Assembly (NCBI GenBank): GCA_963772455.1
Contig: CAVYXJ010000005.1
Coordinates: forward strand, 32,001-96,000
DNA from: Candidatus Bathyarchaeota archaeon
Lineage (GTDB): Archaea; Thermoproteota; Bathyarchaeia; Bathyarchaeales; Bathycorpusculaceae
Reading direction: 5' to 3'
DNA length: 64,000 bases
Of this stretch, positions 9,495 to 19,445 are shown piece by piece. The position numbers and the translations under genes are program-made. Within the stretch, counting starts at the first letter, position 1; the number at the start of each line of letters is the position of its first letter. Below the pieces are notes generated by a model. It was not told the origin of the DNA, made no database searches, and saw only the letters and a list, made by a program, of their open reading frames with translations.

Positions 9495-10461
9495 ATGATA
9501 CGTGTTCTCAACTTGGGCGACAATTCTGAAAGAACAGTGAGTCATGAAGAATTAACAGGATTAAACCTCTCGAGCCTTTGGCTAGAACTTGTTGACCCTA
9601 CTGAAAACGAGTTGAGATCGGTATCAAATGCAACACAGTTTCCCATTACTTTTTTGAGATTACCAACAACTGAAGGATACGTCAATTTACGATTAGAACC
9701 AGATTACGGTGTCATTAATTTTCTTAGTCATGCAAGACATTGTATCAACCAAAAAAACACACCCAGTTGTCCTAGTTTTTTCGAAGACTTTGCTCGTAAC
9801 CGTCGCGACAAAAGAAACTCAGAAAGTCATTGATATTGCTAAAGAACGAATGAGCAAAGCTAAAATAGACCCCCCATCCCACGTTATCTATTTTATCATT
9901 GATGAAATAGTTTCCTCTCATTATATTCAAATTGAAAAACTCGAAAACCTCACCGCAAAAATGGAAGAGGAAGTCGTTGAGAAAACCTCTGCTGACACAT
10001 TAAAGAAAATATTTAGACTTAAATCAAACATGGTTAGCTTTAACAAGCTACTTTGGTATGAACGAGGACTAATTTTTAATATTAAAAAATTCGAAGAAGT
10101 CCACTTGTCTCCAAAAGCCCGAGCCTTATTTGACACAACACATGAGGATTTGACTCGGCAAATAGACATAGTTGAAACTTATAGAGAAATACTTTCAGAC
10201 GCCATAAATGTCCATTTATCAGCAATTTCAAACAAAATTAATCTCTCAATAAAAGCTTTAACAATCGTCATATTCTACTTAACAATTGTAACTACAATTA
10301 CTTCTTTCCCAAACACCGTTGCCACCTTCTTTGGAATTGCCCAGTTTGGAAACACAAATATCCTAATTATCACAACTGCATTATTGCTATCAATTGTTTT
10401 ACCTCTCGTTTGGCTTTGGAAAAAGAGTTGGCTTACCTCGAAGAGACTTGATTACCAATAA
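9495..10461 (+). CDS. corA: CorA-family divalent cation transporter (+1 frameshift in the T-run at 9719-9722; about 321 aa joined)
   Basis: WLEL.DPT..E N-terminus, long stalk helices, two C-terminal TMs; removing one T joins GVINF to LVMQDIV. Confidence 0.8.
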
Positions 10462-10569
10462 CTCTGAAAAATAATAATTCACCTCGCACCATCCAAAACA
10501 TATTCTAACTATAAAACAGGAAAGCTACTGCGATAACTTGGATAAACTAAACAATAATTTGGGAATAAC

Positions 10570-10995
10570 ATGAGCCAAAAACAACCACCCATAATCACTT
10601 ACAAAGGCAGAAGAATAGGCATCGTCATTTTAGTTGTTTCACAATTAATTATCGGAGCTATCCACGCTTTCTTCGGGTTACTTCTTCTTGTATATGAAAA
10701 CTTTTCGTTCCTTCCAACAACAGCATTTTACGACATCAACACTTTTATTTTTGGGTTGTTAGCTTTAGTATTCGCAGTCTTTATTTGGCAAGACAAAAAG
10801 ATTGGGTGGATAGGCACAATTGCAGTTTCGTTATTTGTGATTGCTGCAGATTCTTTGACTCTTCTAGATTTACCAAGTATCCCAGGGATTCCAAAGTTTG
10901 CAGGATTTACTGAAATAGCTTATAGTGTTTTGGTTGTGGGTTATTTGCTTCAAACCAGAATAAGAAGAAAATATTTCAATCATAAGAAAAATTAA
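10570..10995 (+). CDS. Hypothetical 4-TM membrane protein
   Basis: 141 aa, four hydrophobic segments. Confidence 0.7.
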   Translation: MSQKQPPIITYKGRRIGIVILVVSQLIIGAIHAFFGLLLLVYENFSFLPTTAFYDINTFIFGLLALVFAVFIWQDKKIGWIGTIAVSLFVIAADSLTLLDLPSIPGIPKFAGFTEIAYSVLVVGYLLQTRIRRKYFNHKKN

Positions 10996-11024
10996 ACTTC
11001 TAAAGATATTAGAAAAACCCTAAT

Positions 11025-11690
11025 TTATCTAAGGGTTGCATTGTTGGGGTAGCCTCTGCTTTCCCAGTAACCCAGATAATCAGGGTTATCTGTTAATTCA
11101 ATGTTGGTAATCCATTTCGCCCATTTGTAGCCATATTGGCTTTCAGCGACGAGTTCGAACGGGAAGCCACGTTCAGGTGGAAGTGTCAAACCATTCATCT
11201 TGTAAGCAATAATGATGTTTTTGTCTGTGATGTAATCGATCGGGAGCTCAGTTGAATAGCCATCGTATGCGTAAAAGATTGCTGCCACCGCACTCGAGTT
11301 GACGCCTGCTTCTTTCAGCAAATCGTTTACGAGAAATCCTTCCCAAAGAATCTTAACCGACCAACCTTCAACACAATAAAGGGTTACGACTTTTTCATAT
11401 TTCTGGAACTTGCTAAGTATCTCGTCGTAAGTGTAATTCACTGTTTTGTTAACCAATCCAGTTATTGACAAGCGATAAGTGGAGATGTCGACTTGTTGTG
11501 GTCCCTTAATCGAGTTTTCCCTAAAGTCTCCGATTGAAGAAAGGTTTTCGCCTTGGTAATCGCGGATTTCTCCGGGATACAACCTTTTAGGCTGATTCAC
11601 TCCATAGTAGACGGCTAAGAAAACAAGCACTAACAACATTATTGTTAAAGAAACCGCAATTAATTTTTGATAGCGATTTTTTTTCTCCAT
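11025..11690 (-). CDS. Molybdopterin-dependent oxidoreductase, sulfite oxidase/MsrP-like, membrane anchored
   Basis: CVEGWS, DGYST, LPPERGFP, GYKWAKWI and GYWE.RGY motifs. Confidence 0.9.
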   Translation of the reverse strand: MEKKNRYQKLIAVSLTIMLLVLVFLAVYYGVNQPKRLYPGEIRDYQGENLSSIGDFRENSIKGPQQVDISTYRLSITGLVNKTVNYTYDEILSKFQKYEKVVTLYCVEGWSVKILWEGFLVNDLLKEAGVNSSAVAAIFYAYDGYSTELPIDYITDKNIIIAYKMNGLTLPPERGFPFELVAESQYGYKWAKWITNIELTDNPDYLGYWESRGYPNNATLR

Positions 11691-11782
11691 TCTTATTCAG
11701 CTCAAAAAAGTAAGAACCCTTTAACCCACTGAATGGATGTCCATCATACTTAAAAAACCCAATCCTTATTCAAAAAATTTAC

Positions 11783-12229
11783 TTACCAAAAAATCGAAAG
11801 TTGATTCGCAGGATAACAAAATATTAAGCTTTTTTTTAGCGTACTCAAATACTTAGGCAATCCTTCGATGCATTGAATTTCTCTGCCTGCAATTGCGCGT
11901 AGAGCATGCCAAAACTTCAGGTTCACCAAGATTTTTTCCCATTCCAGGCTCTCTTGAAGATGTTTAGTACCTTCTTGTCCTCGTCGATCAAAATCAAGTA
12001 ACAGAATAACTTCTCTTGAACATAGCCTTTGGATTTCTACCGTTGCTTCAAGAAAAGATTTACCTCCAGTCTTCACCATTAAAATCGGGCCTTTAGCGCC
12101 CAATTCTTGAAGAGCATCAGCATCTTTCTTGCCTTCAACAATTAGTGGAGTACCTTCCGATGATTTTTCTATCAACTGTGTTATGATTTGCTCTATTTTC
12201 TCTAATTTTTCTTTACGGTGTGTAGACAA
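11783..12229 (-). CDS. Archaeal small TOPRIM-domain protein
   Basis: IVEGKKD and DFDRRG TOPRIM motifs; the C-terminus may be extended by an extra base in the homopolymer at about 11830. Confidence 0.85.
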   Translation of the reverse strand: MSTHRKEKLEKIEQIITQLIEKSSEGTPLIVEGKKDADALQELGAKGPILMVKTGGKSFLEATVEIQRLCSREVILLLDFDRRGQEGTKHLQESLEWEKILVNLKFWHALRAIAGREIQCIEGLPKYLSTLKKSLIFCYPANQLSIFW

Positions 12230-12234
12230 AACAG

Positions 12235-13323
12235 TTACCGGGTAATCTTTGCATTGCGTACAGTCTCTAAACAGTCTTTGGCTTCTTTATTATTTTCAAA
12301 GTAGCGTCTAACTGGTTCAAGGATGCTTGCAAGTTCAGTTGCAACACCATTTTTAAGATCCATCGGATGCAATTTGCCATCTGAATAGGCTGCCTCAAGT
12401 TCTTGGAAGCACTGGAACTCTGCATTTCCGCCGAATTTAGCTGGACGCTCTATTCTAAAGACTGGTTTTTCCCTGAAAATAATGTATTTGCAAATGTCCA
12501 TTATAGGATTGTACTTTACGGTTCTTTCTGGACAGAACGCTTTACTCATCTTTTGCTTGATTTCCTCTGGTGAATCATAAATGAAGATGCAGGTGTCTGG
12601 TTTACTCTTAGACATTTTTGCTGAAGCAACTGCTTCTCTTTCTTGTCCTTCGGGAATTGGCCAAATTCCAGGTTTAGCTAAGCCCTGCAACAAATGGTGA
12701 TGTACGGAAACCGGTTTCCAGCAACCGATTTTTTCTCCGATTTCTCTTCCAACCATGTTTGCTTTGCGTTGATCCATGCCTAGTTGACAAATTTTGACTT
12801 TCATATGGAAGATATCGGCCACCTGCATAGGTGTGTAGAGATAGTCGGAAACGTAGTGGGCTTCACCCTCTTTTCTACCGGCGATTTCAAGAGTTCGAGT
12901 TGTTCGAGCTAAAGTCAGGTTCTTGGCTATTATCACTGTTTTTGCCCAATAGTCAATGTCTTTGTAGAGTTCATCCGAATAAATGAATTCGACTTTATCG
13001 CCTGGCACCCCAAGGGCGAGCCAGGAATGTCTAAAGAGGTCTGCGGCTTTGCGGATAAGGGTTAAGTCGCCACCAAGTTTGTTGTTTAACCATGCATGCC
13101 AAGTTGCCAAGAACGCTTTGAAGTGGATTCCAGCTTCCGCAAAGTCTTTCATTTTATAGGCGCAAATAACGCCTGTTCCTAAATGTGCTAGACCAGAAGG
13201 TTCCCAACCGTTATAGGCGATTGGGTGTTCTTCAGTTTCTAGAAGCGCTCTCAAATCCTCTGCAGTGACTAATTCTTCAGTTGGTGGTCTGCAAATTAAT
13301 TCAATTTTCTTTTCTATGTCCAA
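12235..13323 (-). CDS. tyrS: Tyrosine--tRNA ligase (archaeal type)
   Basis: YNGWEPSG.AHLG (HIGH-like), YTPMQVAD, GMDQRK, KMSKS, LHPMDLK. Confidence 0.97.
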   Translation of the reverse strand: MDIEKKIELICRPPTEELVTAEDLRALLETEEHPIAYNGWEPSGLAHLGTGVICAYKMKDFAEAGIHFKAFLATWHAWLNNKLGGDLTLIRKAADLFRHSWLALGVPGDKVEFIYSDELYKDIDYWAKTVIIAKNLTLARTTRTLEIAGRKEGEAHYVSDYLYTPMQVADIFHMKVKICQLGMDQRKANMVGREIGEKIGCWKPVSVHHHLLQGLAKPGIWPIPEGQEREAVASAKMSKSKPDTCIFIYDSPEEIKQKMSKAFCPERTVKYNPIMDICKYIIFREKPVFRIERPAKFGGNAEFQCFQELEAAYSDGKLHPMDLKNGVATELASILEPVRRYFENNKEAKDCLETVRNAKITR

Positions 13324-13509
13324 ATTGGCACCAAACCCTTAGTGGTTATAGGTTTAATGCTAGTGATGAACTTAAAAATTCGCTTTCTACTCTAAATTCG
13401 CTAGCTGAATTCTGCCTCTTTAAGAGGAAATAATAAAAAACATTTTTTTTCAAAAAAAAATAGTTTGCTAAGGTATCTGGGTAAATATAATTACAAATAG
13501 GTTCACAAT

Positions 13510-14502
13510 ATAATTGTTAATTAGGTTACAAAAACCCAAGATAATTATTGATTAAAAAAGGAAAAGATGTAGTTTGCGCGTATAGCATTCAAAATCTGGT
13601 CGGTGATAGTACTATTGGAGTCATTTTTGACTATACCGATTATGATGAGTGAAGTCTCCAATATCTCTTCTGACGCGCAAGTCCTTTGCGGGTGCGGGTA
13701 TTGTTGGATATCCCAGACGAATTGTGTAAGAAATCTTTAACGGGTCAGGGATATCAAGAATCTGCTTCAGTTCCTCCTCTACAGATACCGTTGCTGATAG
13801 ACTTAGAATCTGCATGCCAATTCCCAAAGCTTGTGCAGTCAGCCAGATATTTTCCATAAGGCAGCCTAAACCGATAAAGCCGTAAATATCCACAGCAAGA
13901 GCGGGTGCTTTCTTTCTTGGGTCATATAAAACCATTAGAAGAGTTGGGCTCCCTCTAATGGAATTACTAATCGGTATTGGGGGAGAACGCGCGATTTGGC
14001 TGAATTTGGCTGGGTCAACCCAGTCCGGCGGAAAACCAGTTGACAAAATCCCTGCCTTCTTATGCTTGAGCTCCTCCTCTGAGAATGACAAGTGCCCATA
14101 GTTATCGCGTAAGAAATCCTCTAAAACGCATGATTTTATACTGCTTATTCTTCCAAGCACCGCTCTGTCGTCGACAACCATGATTTCGTAGTTCTGCATG
14201 TTGTGTCCTGTAGGCGCCCAACGTGCAGCCTCCAATAAATGTTCGAGATTCTCCTTAGAGATTGGTCTATTTGGGTCAAATGGAACACGAACGGATTTAC
14301 GTTCCTTAATAGTCTTAAAAACGTCTTTCAAACGAAAACCCTTTAACACATAATTTATTCTGGAAAATGAACTTTTCGTCCAAAATATCCTTTATATTTC
14401 GAAATTGCCTGCTTTTCTTGTAGCCATAACACTTTGGCATAATTATCAAAGGATTTACCAACATAATTCTCAATTAGGTTAGAAAAAGCTGAGATAATTA
14501 TT
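13510..14502. repeat. Imperfect 40-bp direct repeat flanking the nitroreductase gene (13510-13549 and 14463-14502)
   Basis: 34/40 identity by hand: ATAATTgttAATTAGGTTAcAAAAAcccaAGATAATTATT vs ATAATTctcAATTAGGTTAgAAAAAgctgAGATAATTATT. Confidence 0.7.
13621..14331 (-). CDS. Nitroreductase family protein
   Basis: RKSVR, AARWAPTGHNMQ, ENIWLTA..LGIG, LGYP; probable TTG start at 14331. Confidence 0.9.
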   Translation of the reverse strand: MKDVFKTIKERKSVRVPFDPNRPISKENLEHLLEAARWAPTGHNMQNYEIMVVDDRAVLGRISSIKSCVLEDFLRDNYGHLSFSEEELKHKKAGILSTGFPPDWVDPAKFSQIARSPPIPISNSIRGSPTLLMVLYDPRKKAPALAVDIYGFIGLGCLMENIWLTAQALGIGMQILSLSATVSVEEELKQILDIPDPLKISYTIRLGYPTIPAPAKDLRVRRDIGDFTHHNRYSQK

Positions 14503-14763
14503 AACCCAAAACAACCCTTTTCCTTTTATTGTTTTTAAAGTAAAGTTAGGTATAGCATATGTGGAGTGTGAGAGGAATGAAAGCGATAGTGGTAACTCCT
14601 TCATCTTGAAAAAATAAACGTTTTCTCTTTAAATTATCATTTATTTTTGAAATCATCCTTATCTCTTAGTTCATTATTGTATATGAAGTATCCAGATTTG
14701 GTTCATTGAGCAGAAAGCTTTTCTCTTTTTGAATGGCATATTTGGAAAGTATGTGAATCAAAT

Positions 14764-14985
14764 TTGGATATTATGAAAGCAATAAAATTAAGGAAAGACC
14801 TTCAAATCACCAATTTTCCACGAATGCAACTTCTTGGCACTTGTAAAGAAGGTTATTTGCTATGCATAAGCGCAATTTTAGTTAATGCTTTGCTTCTTAG
14901 GCAGATAGAACTTGTTGCTAAAGAAAACAAGTTATCCATAGTTTTTGAACAGGGTTACTGGATGCTTATTGGTCAAAGCAACTAG
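14764..14985 (+). CDS. Hypothetical small protein
   Basis: 73-aa ORF only; no motif. Confidence 0.4.
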   Translation: MDIMKAIKLRKDLQITNFPRMQLLGTCKEGYLLCISAILVNALLLRQIELVAKENKLSIVFEQGYWMLIGQSN

Positions 14986-15072
14986 CGTTCAGGTCGCTGT
15001 GAAACTAAAACACGTCCACTTCCCAATAGCTCTTTGACCTGCCAAAGGCGAGTTATGCACCTAAAACTCAGA

Positions 15073-15127
15073 GTTAAAAGTAGAAGAAGCGCAAATTTTT
15101 TTCTCTTCTTCTTCTAATGAATATATT
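15073..15127. repeat. Palindromic intergenic element, copy 2 (inverted relative to copy 1)
   Basis: Aligns with the reverse complement of 8208-8259; TAGAAGAAG (15081-15089) pairs with CTTCTTCTA (15108-15116). Confidence 0.65.
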
Positions 15128-15451
15128 TTTCGAGTTCGTGTTGATAAAGACTAAATAAAACAATTTGCAACCACTTTTCAGAAACTACAAAAATAAGGTC
15201 GCTGAGGGCTTGAAACCTAAACTAAATTCCATCCAAAAATATCCGTTTATTTTCTACTAATTTATAGAAGAGCAGTATTCCTTAATTAAATTAGGATTGT
15301 GTTTTTAGGGACCATAAGAAGGGTATAACTTGGGAACTCAGGAACAAACCTTACCATCAAAAACTTATTTTTTGCCTTATGATGCTATTATTTGAAAAAA
15401 GAAAAGATTGGTTTTTAAATTAAGATTTAACCAAATCAACTTTGCAGGAGT

Positions 15452-16042
15452 TTATTTTTCTTGCAGCACCTGAAGTTTAGCCTTGTATTCTTCTTCAGAT
15501 ATTTCTCCCTTAATAAACCTCAATTTCAACTGAACTAACGGATCTTCAACAGATTGAGACTGAACAGAAGTATTCTGCCTAAAAATCATCTCCTTAGGTT
15601 TATTAAACTCCCAATCCGCCATACCAAGAAGCTCACCCTTACGCTTCATTGAAACCGGCTCAACCGCGATACCATTATAAGCAATTTCCAAAGCATCAAT
15701 AAAATTCGCCATATCCCCGCGATTTACTCTCTCCACCGTAAAAATAGCACCATCCTCCATTTTAACCGTAACTTCTCCCCACACAACTGCCCCTCTATGC
15801 GCACTAATTTGAAGCACCTTCTGCAAAGGCAAGGATTTGAAGTCGTATCTACCCAAATGTTTCTCATCAAAATAGATAAGGCGAATGTTCGTAAGCACTA
15901 TGTAATTTGTTCGTTCAGCTATAACAAAGCTGTTGAGGGAACTGATAACTTCTTCGCCAGGGGAAAGATTCTTCTTTAAACCGCCGGGTAACTTATCAAC
16001 TAAATTTTTACTAGAAGGTTTCTCACTCACTTTATACACCAT
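15452..16042 (-). CDS. Prokaryotic PH-domain protein with C-terminal SHOCT domain
   Basis: L.PGEEVI, VLTN.RLIY (bPH-like) and LKLRFIKGEISEEEY (SHOCT). Confidence 0.8.
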   Translation of the reverse strand: MVYKVSEKPSSKNLVDKLPGGLKKNLSPGEEVISSLNSFVIAERTNYIVLTNIRLIYFDEKHLGRYDFKSLPLQKVLQISAHRGAVVWGEVTVKMEDGAIFTVERVNRGDMANFIDALEIAYNGIAVEPVSMKRKGELLGMADWEFNKPKEMIFRQNTSVQSQSVEDPLVQLKLRFIKGEISEEEYKAKLQVLQEK

Positions 16043-16247
16043 CTTACAAGATTAATGGTATTTTATTCCTGTATTAAAAAGTATGCAGATCACAAAAATA
16101 ATGGATTCCTTCAAAGGCGCTTACTCGTTTTAAATGTCTGCCTGTAACTCTCTGTTGACACACGCTTGTAACTATAGTTCTACAGTCACAAATCGTTAAG
16201 TAGACTCGAAAAAACAATAAATCAGGTATACAAGAGGTGATTAGCCA

Positions 16248-16366
16248 ATGAAGTTTTTCCGTAATATCAAAGCTGGTTTAGCTGGATGGCTCTGGTATGC
16301 TATTATATAGTAGTATTAGTAATAGTTCTCATCGTTGCTTTAAGATTCCTTTTTAACCTGATATAA
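16248..16366 (+). CDS. Very small membrane peptide with a class III (prepilin-like) signal; 20 aa as read, 39 aa if one base is missing near 16305
   Basis: GAGGTGA RBS; MKFFRNIKAG-LAGWLWYAII, then VVLVIVLIVALRFLFNLI in the shifted frame. Confidence 0.5.
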
Positions 16367-16667
16367 ATTAAGCTAAAAAAGAGTCAGTTAAAATAAACCC
16401 ACACCAGCCATATTTTCTCACCACAATTAATTTAAAAGAAAACAAGCATTCGCTTTTGATTTTAACTTCCACAATCAACTTAGTCTTTCTTAGGGTGAGA
16501 AACCACTACGTTAAATCCTTATTTCTTTATTTGCCGACAAGGTGGCGCAACGGCGGTGAAAAATTCCACAGCCACTCTCAAACTTTGAAATGCAAGAGGT
16601 AAGCCGCAGAAAAATTCTTCTTGATGTAACCAATTATGTCTTAACCTAAGCGAGAGTCACGATAATT

Positions 16668-17441
16668 ATGTCTGAAAAAAAGACGCCAACAGTCTTGGCT
16701 ATCTCAGGTTCTCTAAGAAGCCCCTCTTTTACTGATAAAATGTTAGATAGCTTGCTTAAAGGAATGGGTGAAGTGGAAGTTCACAAGTTTTATCCTCATA
16801 AGATGAAGATTGGACCTTGCACAAGCTGTTGGAGCTGCTGGCAAGGAAAAAACAAAGGTGAATGTGTCCAGAAAGACGATTTTCAATCAATATACGATAT
16901 TTACAAAAAGTGTGATTACTTTATCATCGCTGCACCAGTTTACGTTTTTGGTTTTCCAGCAACTGTCAAAAACGTGATAGATAGGTTCTTTATAAACTTG
17001 GAACCTTCCCAGATTTTAATGGAGAACGGGATAACTAATCACCCTCAACGGCATGCATCTAAGGCAAAAGGTGTCTTGGTTTCATCTTGTGGTTTTCCAG
17101 ATATGGAGAATTTTACTCTAATGAGTGAACATTTTAAGAAGTTTATGATGCACTTTGGATTAACTTGGGCAGGCGAAGCTCTAATACCATCAGCTGGGGC
17201 AGCAAACGTTCCTCATTTGCTTGATGGCAACATTGAGGCAGTTAGACAAGCTGGTGCCGAATTGGTTAATGGCATAATATCTTCTGAAACAATGCGCATT
17301 ATTAGTGACGTTCCAATATCTAAAAACGATTATAGGGAAATGACTAATGCCAGCTTCAAAGGAGGACTATCTGGAAAAGCAAAGACTTTTGCCATTGGAA
17401 TCAAAGCAATAAGAAATAAAGGTAAGAAAAAACAGTTTTGA
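16668..17441 (+). CDS. Iron-sulfur flavoprotein / NADPH-dependent FMN reductase family
   Basis: GSLR, CTSCWSC-x7-C, APVY, K..IDR. Confidence 0.85.
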   Translation: MSEKKTPTVLAISGSLRSPSFTDKMLDSLLKGMGEVEVHKFYPHKMKIGPCTSCWSCWQGKNKGECVQKDDFQSIYDIYKKCDYFIIAAPVYVFGFPATVKNVIDRFFINLEPSQILMENGITNHPQRHASKAKGVLVSSCGFPDMENFTLMSEHFKKFMMHFGLTWAGEALIPSAGAANVPHLLDGNIEAVRQAGAELVNGIISSETMRIISDVPISKNDYREMTNASFKGGLSGKAKTFAIGIKAIRNKGKKKQF

Positions 17442-17521
17442 TGATTCTTCCAATGGCATATGTAATCTTCAAAGAGTGTTAAACTCAAATTCTCCACGAA
17501 AAACGTCATTTCATGAGTTAA

Positions 17522-17800
17522 CTATTTTTTCAAATCAATTAGCATTTTTAACACCAATTTAAGTGCAGAGTCATAGCCATCGCAATATTCTTTGCTGGAG
17601 TCTTTGTCCGCATAGATTTGCTGCACAATTTCTTTTCCAATGCCTTCATTAGTTAGCTGGATTGAGCCTTCTTTTAGCCATATCAAAGCATCAATATACC
17701 CGTGTTCTGAGTCTGAAAGCTCATCTGTTGTAGATGATTCTGCTTTCTGCCTGATTATTTCCTCAATCTTTTCTTTTAACTCGTTCTCAACCTTGCTCAC
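17522..17800 (-). CDS. Hypothetical protein with an internal GY.DAL/GYDSAL repeat
   Basis: 92 aa; GGTGA RBS upstream of GTG. Confidence 0.65.
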   Translation of the reverse strand: MSKVENELKEKIEEIIRQKAESSTTDELSDSEHGYIDALIWLKEGSIQLTNEGIGKEIVQQIYADKDSSKEYCDGYDSALKLVLKMLIDLKK

Positions 17801-17837
17801 TTCTTCTCACCAATTCGATTACTTGTTTGTTATAGAG

Positions 17838-18742
17838 TTAAGTAGCTATCGGATTACCCAAGCGATTTCGACTCCATTTAAATTGATTTGTATTAAACCA
17901 TAGAGCCACCCCAAGAATTGGCAGCGTCAGCATCCAAAAATCCGTTAAAGGCAAGAAATCACGGTAAACAGGAACCCAAACAGAAACCACATCATAAATG
18001 ACAAAATAAACTCCAACTAGACATATGGCAGCCCCAACAAAGCGAAAGTTGGGTTTTCCATGGCGCCAAAAATCTAAGCAAACAACAGATGTAACTATGG
18101 CAGCAACAAGTAAGGTCAACCAAGAATTCAAAAACCCAAGGAACTCAAAAAAGCCAGTTTGAGGTGGCGCCAAAGATGAGAGCGCATAAACCCAAAACAA
18201 ACCATGCCTAACCCAAAAACCAAACAAGTACAAAGGAGCGACAATAACTACCCACTTAATAATCGAAGAGGTATATTGAGTGTGTTTTAGTTTGTGACTC
18301 AGCATAAACAAAGCAGGGAAAATAAGCAGGGATTGAAGCAGAACGGAAACACCCGAGTAAGAAATTCAAGAAGGCACTCGTTGAAATAATGGACCCGATC
18401 AGATGATTTACCGCCGCAGGTAACAGTAGCAGGAAGTAGAGCGATTCAAAAAGCAAAACAAGCCTAAACTTTTGGAGATATTTAGGGTTATTTTTCAGAT
18501 AAAGTATAGCAGAGTAAACGGCTAAGATAGCAGCTATTAGGCGAAGGTAGCTTCCAACAGAACCAGCGAGTTCTTGGAACAAAAAAAGAACAAGTTGTAG
18601 CTCGGGTTGGCTACTAGTTATGAAATGTGGCAAGACAACAATGTACGGTTGGGAAATTTACAACAAATAGGGTTGTTGTAATTGCCTGATAAAAAGTGTA
18701 GAGCAAAAAAGAGATAGCGACAACGATTAGCGCTGTTTTCAT
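17838..18742 (-). pseudogene. Multi-TM membrane protein broken by several frameshifts
   Basis: Hydrophobic frames MKTALIVVAISF / YTFYQAITTTLF / PHFITSSQP / YSGVSVLLQSLLIFPALFML join across indels near 18710, 18640 and 18360. Confidence 0.6.
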
Positions 18743-18881
18743 AAAAGAGTTCGTTTGTGGATTCACCGCCAATCAGTTTCTTAACAGGTTATTATCCCAA
18801 ATATCAGCTTTAGCTTTTTCACTTGATTTAATAGTAAGGATAGAGAAATCGATAAAGACTATCATATTTTAATGTGCAGAA

Positions 18882-19081
18882 ATGTCTAGTAACAGAAAAC
18901 CAAACTTATCTCAATCAGAGTATTTGTAATATTTCTTGCAGTCGCAGCTATAATCTTACTCAACGAACAATATTGGCACTTCTATACCATATTGGCGGCA
19001 GTCGGATCCATTATCCTTGGCTCAAGTTATAAAAAAACTAATCCACACAAAATACTTAACCTGATAGTTTCTTCAACATAG
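18882..19081 (+). pseudogene. Possible small 2-TM membrane protein, frameshifted near the 5' end
   Basis: Frame IRVFVIFLAVAAIILLNEQYWHFYTILAAVGSIILG follows an out-of-frame ATG at 18882. Confidence 0.3.
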
Positions 19082-19177
19082 TTTTGACAGCAACGCCATA
19101 TCGATTTAGACAGTTTTCCCAAGCACTCAATGTAAGACAAATTAAGAACAAAGAACTATATAATTTAGGTGAATGTT

Positions 19178-19339
19178 TTGCGTAAACAACACAGACCAGA
19201 AGGAAATACAATCTCCCCAAACAGGAGCAGTTTAGCAAGAAAAGCAAATGCCGCCAATAGTTCAAGACAAAAGCAAGCCAACGCCAATCGTTCAAGACAG
19301 ACCCAAGCTGACAATTCAAAGAAGAAAAACAGTGCCTAA
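19178..19339 (+). CDS. 53-aa highly basic low-complexity protein (below the ORF-track cutoff)
   Basis: AGGTGA RBS plus TTG; MRKQHRPEGNTISPNRSSLARKANAANSSRQKQANANRSRQTQADNSKKKNSA. Confidence 0.6.
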   Translation: MRKQHRPEGNTISPNRSSLARKANAANSSRQKQANANRSRQTQADNSKKKNSA

Positions 19340-19445
19340 ACAAAATACAAAAAATCAATGAACTGCACAATTATGCATCGAAAGATTGGGCGTCAAAAAA
19401 AGAAATCTGATGCTAAGAAATTAGAAATATGGAAATTTAGGTTTC

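Noticed and set aside
14577-14609. Mini-ORF MKAIVVTPSS after a GAGG RBS, like the start of a dehydrogenase
   Set aside because: Only 10 codons with no continuation in other frames; cannot be supported
16533-16610. GC-richer patch with short possible stems upstream of the iron-sulfur flavoprotein
   Set aside because: Stems are 4-5 bp and mutually incompatible; no riboswitch consensus recognised
19056-19370. 104-aa minus-strand ORF with a LN.WR repeat
   Set aside because: Antisense shadow of the plus-strand basic ORF, which has the RBS
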